Below are positions 36,884 through 46,152 of a DNA stretch of 64,000 nt, in pieces. The translations under genes and the position numbers were made by a program. Position 1 is the first letter of the stretch. Each line of letters starts with the position of its first letter. Source of the DNA: Actinorhabdospora filicis (GTDB taxonomy: Bacteria > Actinomycetota > Actinomycetes > Mycobacteriales > Micromonosporaceae); the NCBI RefSeq assembly GCF_030269765.1, contig NZ_BSTX01000001.1, positions 1,975,571 through 2,039,570 on the forward strand, given 5' to 3'. The notes below the pieces were generated by a model that worked only from the letters and a program-made list of their open reading frames with translations, made no database searches and had not been told where the DNA came from.

Positions 36884-37494
36884 GCGAGGACTCCTTCGCG
36901 CAGGCGCAGGGCGACGCGGGTGAGGCGGCGGCCCTGGTGGGCGGCGGCTTCGAGGGTCGCGGCGGCGGGGCCCTCGGGGCTGGCGGAGCCGACGTGGGAG
37001 GTGCCGTAGGGGTTGCCGCCGGCGGCGTAGACGGAGGCGTCGGTGTAGCCGGGCGGGACGATGAGCGCGCCCCAGTGGTAGAAGACGTTGCTCAGCGACA
37101 GCAGGGTCGCCTCGGCGCCGCCGTGCCGGTTGTAGGCCGAGGTGAAGGCGGTGACGGGCTTGTCGACCATGACCCGGTCGCTCCACAGCCCGGCGGCCCG
37201 GTCGATGAAGCGCTTGAGCTGCGCGGCGGGCGTCCCGAAGCGGGTGGGGGTGCCGAAGGCGTAGGCGTCGGCCCAGGCGAGGTCGTCGAGCGCGGCCTCG
37301 GGGACGGCGGCGGTGGACGCGAGGTGCTCGCGCCAGCCCGGGGTGGCGTCGATCTCGGCGTCGGTGGCCAGTTCGGCGGCCCTGCGCAGGCGGACCTCGG
37401 CCCCTTCCTCGATGGCCCCGGCGGCGAGGGCCTCGGCGAGGGCGTGGACGGCGCCGGTGGCGCTGTAGTAGATGACGGCGACCTTGACGGTCAT
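36880..37494 (-). CDS. wrbA: NAD(P)H:quinone oxidoreductase, WrbA/flavodoxin-like
   Basis: MTVKVAVIYYSATG flavodoxin-like N-terminus. Stop overlaps the MFS start (GTGA). Confidence 0.85.
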   Translation of the reverse strand: MTVKVAVIYYSATGAVHALAEALAAGAIEEGAEVRLRRAAELATDAEIDATPGWREHLASTAAVPEAALDDLAWADAYAFGTPTRFGTPAAQLKRFIDRAAGLWSDRVMVDKPVTAFTSAYNRHGGAEATLLSLSNVFYHWGALIVPPGYTDASVYAAGGNPYGTSHVGSASPEGPAAATLEAAAHQGRRLTRVALRLREGVLA

Positions 37495-37517
37495 GGCGGT
37501 ACTCCTCGGCTAGGATT

Positions 37518-37547
37518 TAGTTATCCGCATAATAGTTATGCGCATAA
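37518..37547. promoter_or_regulatory. candidate MarR operator (two 15-bp direct repeats)
   Basis: TAGTTATCCGCATAA followed directly by TAGTTATGCGCATAA. The second half contains the self-palindrome TTATGCGCATAA. Sits in an AT-rich divergent intergenic region between wrbA and the second marR. Confidence 0.55.
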
Positions 37548-37569
37548 CCATCCTGTCAAGGAGGACCCC

Positions 37570-38016
37570 GTGGACTTCGACCGCGCCGACGCCGTCAACC
37601 AGGCGATCCGCCTGCTCAGCCTGCGTCACCGCGCCCGCGCGGCGACCTTGCTCACCCCGCTCGGGCTGCACACCGGGCAGGAGGCGCTGCTGCTCGAACT
37701 CGACCGCAGCGGCCCCTCCATCCAGGCGCAGCTGAGCGAGGCCCTGGGCAGCGAGCCGCCGAGCGTGACGCTCATGGTCCGCAAGCTGGAGGGCGCCGGA
37801 CTCGTCCGCCGCGCGCCGTCCGCGGCCGACCGGCGGGCGAGCGTCGTCGAGCTCACCGAGGACGGGAAGGCGCTGGTCGGGCGGGTCAAGGAGCTGTGGT
37901 GCGCGCTGGCCGAGGAGACCGTGGCCGGGCTCTCCGAGGAGACCGTGGCGGGCCTGCCGGAGCTGCTGCGGACGATGACGGCCAACGTCGACGGGCGACG
38001 GTCCGGCCACCGGTAG
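37570..38016 (+). CDS. MarR-family transcriptional regulator (paralog of 35058..35522)
   Basis: GTG start with AGGAGGA RBS. About 45% identical to the other MarR over the HTH (DFDRADAVNQAIRLLSLRH vs DFTRADALNTAIRTIAVRH). Confidence 0.8.
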   Translation: MDFDRADAVNQAIRLLSLRHRARAATLLTPLGLHTGQEALLLELDRSGPSIQAQLSEALGSEPPSVTLMVRKLEGAGLVRRAPSAADRRASVVELTEDGKALVGRVKELWCALAEETVAGLSEETVAGLPELLRTMTANVDGRRSGHR

Positions 38017-38081
38017 GGCCCGGCGTCACCCTCCGCGCCCGCGCGTGATCGACCCCGCCGGGGATCGGGTTCAATGACCCC

Positions 38082-39539
38082 ATGGCCAAAGGCTTCCCGT
38101 ACGCAGACCTGCCCGAGTTCCTCGCCGCGCTCGAACGCGACGGGGACCTGCGCAGGGTCACCGCGTCCGTAGACCCGACCCTGGAGATCAGCGAGATCAC
38201 CCAGCGCGTCGTCCGCGCCGGTGGACCCGCCCTGCTGTTCGAGAACCCCACCCGGGGCGCGATGCCCGTGGCGATGAACCTGTTCGGGACCATCGAGCGC
38301 ACCGCCAAGGCCCTCGGCGTGGCGAACCTGGACGAGATCGGCGCGCGCATCGGCGACCTGATCAAGCCGGAGCTGCCGGTGGGCTGGTCGGGCATCCGCG
38401 AGGGCCTGGGCAAGGTCATGCAGCTGAAGTCGCTGCCGCCGAAGAAGCTCAAGTCGGCGCCCTGCCAGGAGATCGTGTACAAGGGCGACAAGGTCGACCT
38501 GAACCGGCTGCCGGGGCTGATGACCTGGCCCGGGGACGGCGGGATCTTCCACAACTACGGCCTCACCCACACCAAGCACCCCGAGACCGGCAAGCGCAAC
38601 CTGGGCCTCTACCGGCTCCAGCAGCACGACCACAAGACCCTCGGGATGCACTGGCAGATCCACAAGGACTCCACCGCCCACCACGCCGTCGCCGAGCGGC
38701 GCGGTGAGCGGCTGCCGGTGGCCATCGCCTTCGGCTGCGATCCGGTGGTGTCCTACTCGGCCTCGGCGCCGCTGCCCGGGGACATCGACGAGTACCTCTT
38801 CGCGGGCTTCCTGCGGGGCGCGCGCGTGGAGATGGTGGACTGCCTGACCGTCCCGCTCCAGGTCCCGGCCAACGCGCAGGTCGTGCTGGAGGGCTACGTC
38901 GAGCCGGGCGAGCGCCTGCCGGAGGGCCCCTTCGGGGACCACACCGGCTATTACACGCCGGTCGAGCCGTTCCCGGTGTTCCACGTCGAGGCGATGACGA
39001 CGCAGAAGAACCCGGTCTACCACTCGATCGTGACCTCGCGCCCGCCGCAGGAGGACCTCGGGCTGGGCAAGGCCACCGAGCGGATCTTCCTGCCGCTGAT
39101 CAAGCTGATGATCCCCGACATCGTGGACATGAACATGCCCGAGCCGGGCGTCTTCCACAACGCGCTGGTGGTGTCGATCCGCAAGCGCTACCCCAAGCAC
39201 GCGCAGAAGGTCATGAACGCGGTGTGGGGTCTGCACCTGCTGTCGCTGACCAAGCTGATCGTGGTGGTGGACGAGGACTGCGACGTCCAGGACCTGCGCG
39301 AGGTCGCCTTCCGCGCGTTCGGGAACGTCGACTACAAGCACGACCTCCTGCTCACCGAGGGCCCGGTCGATCACCTCGACCACGCGTCCTACCAGCAGTT
39401 CTGGGGCGGCAAGGCCGGGGTGGACGCCACCGCGAAGCTCCCGACCGAGGGCTACACGCGCGGCTGGCCGGACCTGACGGTGATGTCGCCGGACATGGTC
39501 GCCCAGGTCGACCGCCGGTGGAAGGAGTTCGGGCTGTGA
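38082..39539 (+). CDS. UbiD-family (prenylated-FMN) decarboxylase, likely menaquinone-pathway (futalosine-type) decarboxylase
   Basis: 485 aa with UbiD N-terminal consensus (MAKGFPYADLPEFLAALERDGDL...GPALLFENP). Confidence 0.85.
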   Translation: MAKGFPYADLPEFLAALERDGDLRRVTASVDPTLEISEITQRVVRAGGPALLFENPTRGAMPVAMNLFGTIERTAKALGVANLDEIGARIGDLIKPELPVGWSGIREGLGKVMQLKSLPPKKLKSAPCQEIVYKGDKVDLNRLPGLMTWPGDGGIFHNYGLTHTKHPETGKRNLGLYRLQQHDHKTLGMHWQIHKDSTAHHAVAERRGERLPVAIAFGCDPVVSYSASAPLPGDIDEYLFAGFLRGARVEMVDCLTVPLQVPANAQVVLEGYVEPGERLPEGPFGDHTGYYTPVEPFPVFHVEAMTTQKNPVYHSIVTSRPPQEDLGLGKATERIFLPLIKLMIPDIVDMNMPEPGVFHNALVVSIRKRYPKHAQKVMNAVWGLHLLSLTKLIVVVDEDCDVQDLREVAFRAFGNVDYKHDLLLTEGPVDHLDHASYQQFWGGKAGVDATAKLPTEGYTRGWPDLTVMSPDMVAQVDRRWKEFGL

Positions 39540-39564
39540 CCGCTTCTCTACCGGAGGTCCGTCG

Positions 39565-40470
39565 ATGAACGCCGCCGCGCCCGCCGCACGCGTCAACCCC
39601 GTCCGCGCGTTCACGCGCCTGGTGGTGATCGAGCACTCGGTGTTCGCGCTGCCCTTCGCCTACATCGGCGCGCTCACCGCCATGCGCCTGAACCCGCCGG
39701 CCTCCGGCGGGTGGGTGCGGTGGGTGGACCTGCTGCTGGTGACCGTGGCGATGGTGGCGGGGCGGACCTTCGCGATGGCCGCCAACCGCATCATCGACCG
39801 GCACATCGACGCGGGCAACCCGCGCACCGCCAAGCGTGAGCTGGTGACGGGCGCGGTGAGCCTGAAGACCGCCTACGCGGGCTCGGCGGTGGCGCTGGTG
39901 GTGTTCTTCGCGGCGGCGGCCCTGCTGAACCCGCTGTGCCTGTACCTGTCGCCGCTGGCCATCGCCCCGATGGTGCTGTACCCGTACGGGAAGCGGTTCA
40001 CCAACTACCCGCACCTGATCCTGGCGATCGCGCAGGCCGTGGCGCCGGTCGGCGCGTGGCTGGCCGTCACCGGGACCTTCGACGGGGCGTCCCCGGCGAT
40101 CATCCTGGGCGCGGCGGTCGGGCTGTGGATCGGCGGCTTCGACCTCATGTACGCCTGCCAGGACGTGGCCGCCGACCGCACCAACGGCGTGAAGTCCTTC
40201 CCCGCGAAGTGGGGCATCAAGGCCTCGCTGTGGACGTCGAGCGTCGTCCACGTGGTGACCTTCGCGCTGTTCGTGTGGTTCGGGATGAAGGCGGAGTTCT
40301 CGTGGCCGTGGTGGATCGGGCTGGGGCTGACGGCGGCGTCCTTCGTCTACCAGCACTCGATCGTGAAGACCGATGACCTGTCGAAGGTGAACCGGGCGTT
40401 CTTCACCTCGAACGGCTTCGTCGGCATCGCGCTGTTCCTGTTCGCGCTGCTGGACCTGGTCCTGCGCTAG
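39565..40470 (+). CDS. UbiA-family aromatic prenyltransferase (menaquinone/DHNA-type)
   Basis: NRIIDRHID Asp-rich motif, second motif DVAADRTNG, 8-9 TM helices. Confidence 0.85.
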   Translation: MNAAAPAARVNPVRAFTRLVVIEHSVFALPFAYIGALTAMRLNPPASGGWVRWVDLLLVTVAMVAGRTFAMAANRIIDRHIDAGNPRTAKRELVTGAVSLKTAYAGSAVALVVFFAAAALLNPLCLYLSPLAIAPMVLYPYGKRFTNYPHLILAIAQAVAPVGAWLAVTGTFDGASPAIILGAAVGLWIGGFDLMYACQDVAADRTNGVKSFPAKWGIKASLWTSSVVHVVTFALFVWFGMKAEFSWPWWIGLGLTAASFVYQHSIVKTDDLSKVNRAFFTSNGFVGIALFLFALLDLVLR

Positions 40471-40480
40471 CTCTCCGGCG

Positions 40481-40513
40481 AAAGGGGCCGCTCCCGGTGG
40501 GAGCGGCCCCTTT
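40481..40513. terminator. bidirectional hairpin between ubiA-like and R1
   Basis: AAAGGGGCCGCTCCC-ggt-GGGAGCGGCCCCTTT, 15-bp stem. Confidence 0.6.
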
Positions 40514-40517
40514 CGCT

Positions 40518-43190
40518 TTAGAACGTGCCGAAGAGATCGCCGTTCTCGGCGGCTCCGGGCACGCCCGGGGAGTCCTCGCCGAAGTAGGTCGCGCCGGTGC
40601 CGGTGAGCCCGCCGGATCCGATGTAGACGACGGTGAACGCGCCCTGCCGGTCGTCCTCGCCCGGCGCGCCCACCAGGAGGGCGGGCTTGGCGCCGGACAG
40701 GAAGCGCAGGCTCGCGCCCCACTTGTCCCCGGCCTCCTGCGAGCCCGGGATCCCGGCCGTCTCCTGGCTCCACCACACGCTCGCGCCGGAACTGAGGCCC
40801 GTGGCGGTACCGGGGATCACCGAGAGGTACTCGTCGCCGTAGGAGAACACCGCCAGGTCGGCGCGACCGTCCCCATTGGAGTCACCGGCGGCGAGGTTGT
40901 CGCCGAAGAAGTCGTTGTCGCCGGGCAGCCCGACGATGCCGGGGGTGTCCTGGGAGATCTCGGCGGCCCCGGCGGTGCCCAGCTTGGACCCGTCGGAGTA
41001 GAGGATCGTGACCGTCCCGGCGTCGGTGACACCACTGACCAGGCTGCCGGGCGCGGAGGCGGCCAGGTCGTCGCGTCCATCGCCGTTGAAGTCGGCCAGC
41101 GCCACTTCCAGGCCGAACTCGTCGGCACCGTCCCCTGTGGACGGCTCGTACTTCCCGGCCGTACCGGGGACGCCCGGTGTCTCCTTGGAGATCCGCTGCC
41201 TGGGATCGACCGGCAGCCCGTTGCGGCCACCCTTGTAGACCAGCACCGCACCGGTCGACCAGCCCTTGTCGCCGGTGTCGCCGGGCGCGCCCACCGCCAG
41301 GTCGTCGAAGTGATCACCGTCGATGTCACCGGTGGCCAGGGACCAGCCGAAGCGCTCCCCGGCGACCGGGTCGCCCACCGGCCGCAGCCACGTCTTCCAC
41401 ACCGGACCAGTCGGCGTGCCCGAGTAGACCTCGACCCCGCCGCCGGACGTGCCGGGCGCACCCAGGGCGATGTCGTCGCGCCCGTCGCCGTCGAAGTCAC
41501 CGGCCGCCAGGGACCAGCCCAGCGTCAGCCGGGCCGCGGCCCGCGACCAGATCGAGGTGGAGCCCATGGTGGCCAGTCCGTTCGCCGAGCCGTAGAGGAT
41601 CTCGGCCATCCCCGACTCCGCCGCGCCGTCGCTCTCACCGGGCGCGGCCACCGCCAGGTCGGCGTAACCGTCGCCGTTGAAGTCGCCGGAGGCCAGCGCC
41701 CGCCCGAGCATGTCACCGTCCTCATTGGACCCGTCGAGGCCCGGCGTGTTCTGGTCCAGCGCCCGCGAACCCGTCACGGTCACCCCCGAGGCCGTCCCCG
41801 CGAACACGTGGAACTGGCCGGTGTCGGTGGCGTCCCCGGTGTCCTCATCCGGCGTGCCCACCGCCACGTCGGCGTAGCCGTCGGCATTGAAGTCCCACGG
41901 CACCGGCCGCACCGTCACCGTCGCCGTCCACGTCGCCGGGCGGTGCCCGGCGTCCCCGGCGTAGTCGAGGGTGAAGCGGATCGGGCCGGTCAGGCGTCCC
42001 GGGTCGTGCCGGAACGCGAAGGTCCCGTCGGCGGCGGTGGTCACCGTGCTCCGGTAGGTGCCCGAGCCGTCGACGCGGGTCAGCGCCAGCGGGACCGCCC
42101 CGCCCGGGCCGCGCTTCAGCGTCCCGCTCACGTCGAAGGCGCTCTTGTACTCCACCGCCGCCGGTGCCGTGACCTCGATGGACGGCAGGTACGTCCCGGC
42201 GTCGCCCAGCACGAACAGCTTCACCTCGGCCGTCGCCGGATCGCCGCCCAGCGCCAGGATCCGGCCGTCGCCGGTGAAGGCGATCCGGGCCGGCTCCACC
42301 GCGTCCGGCATCGCGTACCGCCGGTTCTCGGCACCCGGCAGCCCGCCGGACACGTCGACCACCGACAGCGCCGCCCGCTCACCGCTCCCGTCGTAGACCG
42401 CCAGGTGCCGCCCGTCCGGGCTCACCGCCACGTCCCACGGCTCGACCACAGTGGACAGCGGCGCGGGATCGCTCAAACCCGGCGCGCGGTACACCGTCAG
42501 CGAACCCGCCGCGCCCGAGCGGACCGCGACCTGGCCGGTGAGCGGCAGGTAGGCCGCGCCGTCGCAGCAGTCCTCACCGGTGAGCTCACCCTTCTGCACC
42601 GGCGTTCCGCCGGTCACGTCGTACAGCGCGACCTTTTCGTAGGGCGCGAGCACGAGCAGCCGCCCCGGCCCCGCCGGGGACAGGCTCACGCCGGTGGGCA
42701 GCGAGAGTCCACTGTCGACGAACGCGCCGGTGGCGGGATCCAGCGAGCCCAGCCCGCCCGCGTAGCTCTGGCAGTCGTGGAAGCCGAACCAGAACCGGCC
42801 CCCGCTGAACGCGCCCGCGTCCGGGCACACCGACTCCGGCAACCCCACCTGCCGGATCGCCAGGGAGGCGGCGTCGATGACCTGCACCCGCGCCTGATCG
42901 CTCTCGATGACGTACACAGTGGACCCGTCGCCGCCGAGGGCGAGCGAGCGCGGCCAGGCCAGCTCGGCGAACGAGCGCTGCACAACGCCGTCCAGGCCCA
43001 CGACGGCGACGGAGTTCCCCGCCGCCACGAAGACCCGCTGCCGGGCGGCGTCCAGCACGAAGTCCGAGCTGTCGGCGGGCAGCGCCACGGCCGTGTAGCC
43101 GGGATCCTCGGCCACGGCGGCGGGCGGGGCGATCAAGAGAGCGGTGGCCAAGGCCAGCGCGGAGACTGTGGCATGGGTGCGCGGTGACAT
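40518..43190 (-). CDS. secreted YVTN/Ig/FG-GAP protein (paralog R1)
   Basis: Start trimmed to MSPRTHATVSALALATALLIAPPAAVA (GGGAG RBS). Same architecture and C-terminus ...GDLFGTF. Confidence 0.8.
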   Translation of the reverse strand: MSPRTHATVSALALATALLIAPPAAVAEDPGYTAVALPADSSDFVLDAARQRVFVAAGNSVAVVGLDGVVQRSFAELAWPRSLALGGDGSTVYVIESDQARVQVIDAASLAIRQVGLPESVCPDAGAFSGGRFWFGFHDCQSYAGGLGSLDPATGAFVDSGLSLPTGVSLSPAGPGRLLVLAPYEKVALYDVTGGTPVQKGELTGEDCCDGAAYLPLTGQVAVRSGAAGSLTVYRAPGLSDPAPLSTVVEPWDVAVSPDGRHLAVYDGSGERAALSVVDVSGGLPGAENRRYAMPDAVEPARIAFTGDGRILALGGDPATAEVKLFVLGDAGTYLPSIEVTAPAAVEYKSAFDVSGTLKRGPGGAVPLALTRVDGSGTYRSTVTTAADGTFAFRHDPGRLTGPIRFTLDYAGDAGHRPATWTATVTVRPVPWDFNADGYADVAVGTPDEDTGDATDTGQFHVFAGTASGVTVTGSRALDQNTPGLDGSNEDGDMLGRALASGDFNGDGYADLAVAAPGESDGAAESGMAEILYGSANGLATMGSTSIWSRAAARLTLGWSLAAGDFDGDGRDDIALGAPGTSGGGVEVYSGTPTGPVWKTWLRPVGDPVAGERFGWSLATGDIDGDHFDDLAVGAPGDTGDKGWSTGAVLVYKGGRNGLPVDPRQRISKETPGVPGTAGKYEPSTGDGADEFGLEVALADFNGDGRDDLAASAPGSLVSGVTDAGTVTILYSDGSKLGTAGAAEISQDTPGIVGLPGDNDFFGDNLAAGDSNGDGRADLAVFSYGDEYLSVIPGTATGLSSGASVWWSQETAGIPGSQEAGDKWGASLRFLSGAKPALLVGAPGEDDRQGAFTVVYIGSGGLTGTGATYFGEDSPGVPGAAENGDLFGTF

Positions 43191-43328
43191 GGCTTCTCCC
43201 TCAGGCCTGCCGGTGACCGTAGGTGCACTACGGGCACAGCGAAGCTCGCCCATGTGAATGGACGTGCGCCACGCCGTGAAAAAGGGCCGCCCCTGAGGAG
43301 ACGGCCCTTTCACTATCGGTATTCGAGG

Positions 43329-46037
43329 TCAGAAGGTGCCGAAACGGTCACCGTTCTCCGGCTCGCCCGGAACACCCGGCGTCCCCTCGCCGAAGTACTG
43401 CGCACCCTCGCCGGTGAGCCCGTTCCGTCCGATGTAGACGACGGTGAACGCGCCCTGCCGGTCGTCCTCGCCCGGCGCGCCGACCAGAAGAGCAGGTTTG
43501 GCGCCACCGAGGAAGCGCAGGCTCGCGCCCCACTTGTCCCCGGACTCCTGCGAACCCGGGACGCCCGGCGAATCCTGGCTCCACCACACGCTCTTGCCGA
43601 AGGCGAGGCCGTCGACCGAGCCCGGGATGACGGAGAGGTAGTCGTCGCCGTAGGAGAAGAGCGCCAGATCGGCGATCCCGTCGCCATTGGAGTCACCGGC
43701 GGCGAGGTTGTCGCCGAAGAAGTCGTTCTCGCCGGGAAGGCCGACGATGCCGGGGGTGTCCTGGCTCATCTCGAAAGCCCAGTCGGTACCGATGCGCGAG
43801 CCGTCGGAGTACAGGACGGTCACCGTCCCGGCATCGGTCACACCGTTCACCGCGCTGCCGGGGGCGGACGCGGCGAGATCGGCCTTGCCGTCACCGTTGA
43901 AGTCGGCGAGGACGACCTTCAGGCCGAACTCGTCGGCGCCGTCACCGGTGCGGGGTTCGTACTTGCCAGGTGAGCCGGGGACGCCGGGGGTGTTCTTGGT
44001 GATGCGCTGGACGTCGTCGCCGAGCCCGCCAGCATCGCCTTGGAACAAGTAGACCGCACCCGTCGACCAGCCCTTGTCCTGTGCATCGCCGGGCACGCCC
44101 ACCGCGAGGTCGTCGCGGCCATCCTGATCAACGTCTCCGGTTGCCAGCGACCAGCCGAATCTGTCACCGAGGGCCTGCTCTCCGCCGGTGTCGTACTCCG
44201 ACAGCTGCATGCGCCAGGCCAGGCCCGTGGGGGTGCCGTGGTACACGCGGACGCGTCCGCCGAAGTCGCCCGGCAAGCCGACGGCGAGGTCGGAGACGCC
44301 GTCGCCGTCGAAGTCCCCGGCGGCCAGCGACGAGCCCAGCCAGTCGTGGGTGTACTTCCCTTCCGGCCACAAGGAACCGGAGCCGCTCGTGGTGAGCCCG
44401 GCGGCCGATCCGTACAAGATCTCCACCATGCCGGAGTCGGCGGTGGTGTCGTCTTCGCCCGGCGCGCCGACGGCGAGGTCGGCGTAGCCATCGTCATTGA
44501 AATCCCCGGACGCGGTGGCCTGCCCGAGCCGGTCGTCGGCCTCGTTGGTGCCGTCCACGCCGGGCGTGTTCTGGTCCATCGCACGAGAACCGGACGCGGT
44601 GACGCCCGAGGCGGTGCCGTAGAGGACGTGGAACTGCCCGGTGTCGGTGGTGCGCCCGTCGTCTTCGCCGGGGGTGCCCACGACGACGTCGGTGTACCCG
44701 TCGCCGTTGAAGTCCCAGGCGGTGGGCCGGACGGTGACCTTGCCGGTCCACCTGGCCGCCGCGTGCTCGGCGTCGCCCGCGTAGGTGATCCTGTACTCGG
44801 CCGAGCCGGTCACGTCGGCCTTCTCGGCGAAGGTGAAGGAACCGTCCGGCGCGGTGGTGACCGTGCTCTGCCGCGTCCCGGCACGGGTGACACGGGTGAC
44901 CGTCACGGTCGCGCTCACGTCGATCCCCTTCACCACACCGGTCAGCGTCACGCTCTCCCGGTGCCCGACCCGGGCGGGTGCGGTGGCGGTGATGGACGTG
45001 GCGGCCTTCGTGGCGTCGCGCATGACGAAGATCGTCGGGGTCCGGGTGTTCCATTCGGTGCCCGCGGCCAGGACGGTGCCGTCGGCGCCGGCGATGACCC
45101 GCCGCGCGTCCATCACCGGGCCGGGCAGGACGTATTCGCGCAGCAGCTCACCGGGCGTGCCGGAGGTCAGGTCGCGCACGCCGACGGCGGCGGAGATGCC
45201 CTCCGTGCGCAGGACCGCCAGGAACCGGTGGTCCGGGCTGACGTCCACGCCCAACGCGCGGTCGTGCTCCGCCATCCGGCGCGGCGCGGCGGTCAGGTCG
45301 TTCGCCGAGTACAGCGCGAGGGCCGTTCCGTCCCCGGGCACCACGGCCACCTCGTCGGTCTTCGGCAGCGCGATCGAGGTTCCGCGCCAGGAACCGCCCG
45401 CGATGGTGCCGAGCACGACGGGAGCCGTTCCCGAGACGTCGATCAGCTCCTGGCCATAAGGCAGGGAGGCGTGGACGAACACCAGCCGGTCCGGCCGGTC
45501 GGGCAGCGCGCGCAGCTCGGTGGCCAGCCCGAGTGAGAGCCCGCCGTCGGTGACCGTACCGGTGGCGGGATCGTAGGACGCGAATCCCGTCCCGGCCCGC
45601 CCGCACTTCTGGTAGTCGAACCAGAGGCGCCCACCGGTGAACACGCTCCGGTTCGGGCAGATCGAGGGGTCGAGAGCCACGCTGCTCTTGGCGTAGGTGA
45701 CGGTGTCGATCACGTTGAGGCGGGGCTTGCCCTCATCGAGGGTGTAGAGGGTGTTCCCGTCGGCGCTCAGACTGAGGCTGCTCGGGAACCCGAGGCCGCC
45801 GGTGATCTCCTTGACCTTCGTACCGTCGAGATCGCGGATGAACACCCAGCCCGCCTCCGCGGTGAGGATGTGCTGCCGTGCCGCGTCATAGGCGAAGTCG
45901 GCGTAGCCGAGAGGGAACGGGATGGAGGTGATCCCGGCATCGGGTACCTCCGCCACCGCCTGCGGTGCGCCGATGAGCACACCGGCGAGAACGGCGAGCG
46001 CCGCCAGGAGGGCGCGCACGCGCGTGCGTCTGTTCAT
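43329..46037 (-). CDS. secreted YVTN/Ig/FG-GAP protein (paralog R2)
   Basis: Signal peptide MNRRTRVRALLAALAVLAGVLIGAPQAVA. C-terminal half very similar to R1. Confidence 0.85.
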   Translation of the reverse strand: MNRRTRVRALLAALAVLAGVLIGAPQAVAEVPDAGITSIPFPLGYADFAYDAARQHILTAEAGWVFIRDLDGTKVKEITGGLGFPSSLSLSADGNTLYTLDEGKPRLNVIDTVTYAKSSVALDPSICPNRSVFTGGRLWFDYQKCGRAGTGFASYDPATGTVTDGGLSLGLATELRALPDRPDRLVFVHASLPYGQELIDVSGTAPVVLGTIAGGSWRGTSIALPKTDEVAVVPGDGTALALYSANDLTAAPRRMAEHDRALGVDVSPDHRFLAVLRTEGISAAVGVRDLTSGTPGELLREYVLPGPVMDARRVIAGADGTVLAAGTEWNTRTPTIFVMRDATKAATSITATAPARVGHRESVTLTGVVKGIDVSATVTVTRVTRAGTRQSTVTTAPDGSFTFAEKADVTGSAEYRITYAGDAEHAAARWTGKVTVRPTAWDFNGDGYTDVVVGTPGEDDGRTTDTGQFHVLYGTASGVTASGSRAMDQNTPGVDGTNEADDRLGQATASGDFNDDGYADLAVGAPGEDDTTADSGMVEILYGSAAGLTTSGSGSLWPEGKYTHDWLGSSLAAGDFDGDGVSDLAVGLPGDFGGRVRVYHGTPTGLAWRMQLSEYDTGGEQALGDRFGWSLATGDVDQDGRDDLAVGVPGDAQDKGWSTGAVYLFQGDAGGLGDDVQRITKNTPGVPGSPGKYEPRTGDGADEFGLKVVLADFNGDGKADLAASAPGSAVNGVTDAGTVTVLYSDGSRIGTDWAFEMSQDTPGIVGLPGENDFFGDNLAAGDSNGDGIADLALFSYGDDYLSVIPGSVDGLAFGKSVWWSQDSPGVPGSQESGDKWGASLRFLGGAKPALLVGAPGEDDRQGAFTVVYIGRNGLTGEGAQYFGEGTPGVPGEPENGDRFGTF

Positions 46038-46110
46038 GTGTCTTCCGGGGGTGTGGGCATCAAGAAGGGCGAGCCCGATCTTATCCCCGGTCGATCTTGC
46101 CCGGCACGGC

Positions 46111-46140
46111 GAAGGCCGCCCGCCGAAGCGGGCGGCCTTC
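46111..46140 (-). terminator. hairpin after R3
   Basis: GAAGGCCGCCCGC-cgaa-GCGGGCGGCCTTC, 13-bp GC stem just downstream of the R3 stop. Confidence 0.6.
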
Positions 46141-46152
46141 GTCCATCACCTG

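Noticed and set aside
36937-38016. 359-aa N-terminally extended MarR ORF
   Set aside because: The extension is Gly/Arg-rich and antisense to wrbA. A GTG at 37570 with an AGGAGGA RBS gives a normal 148-aa MarR.
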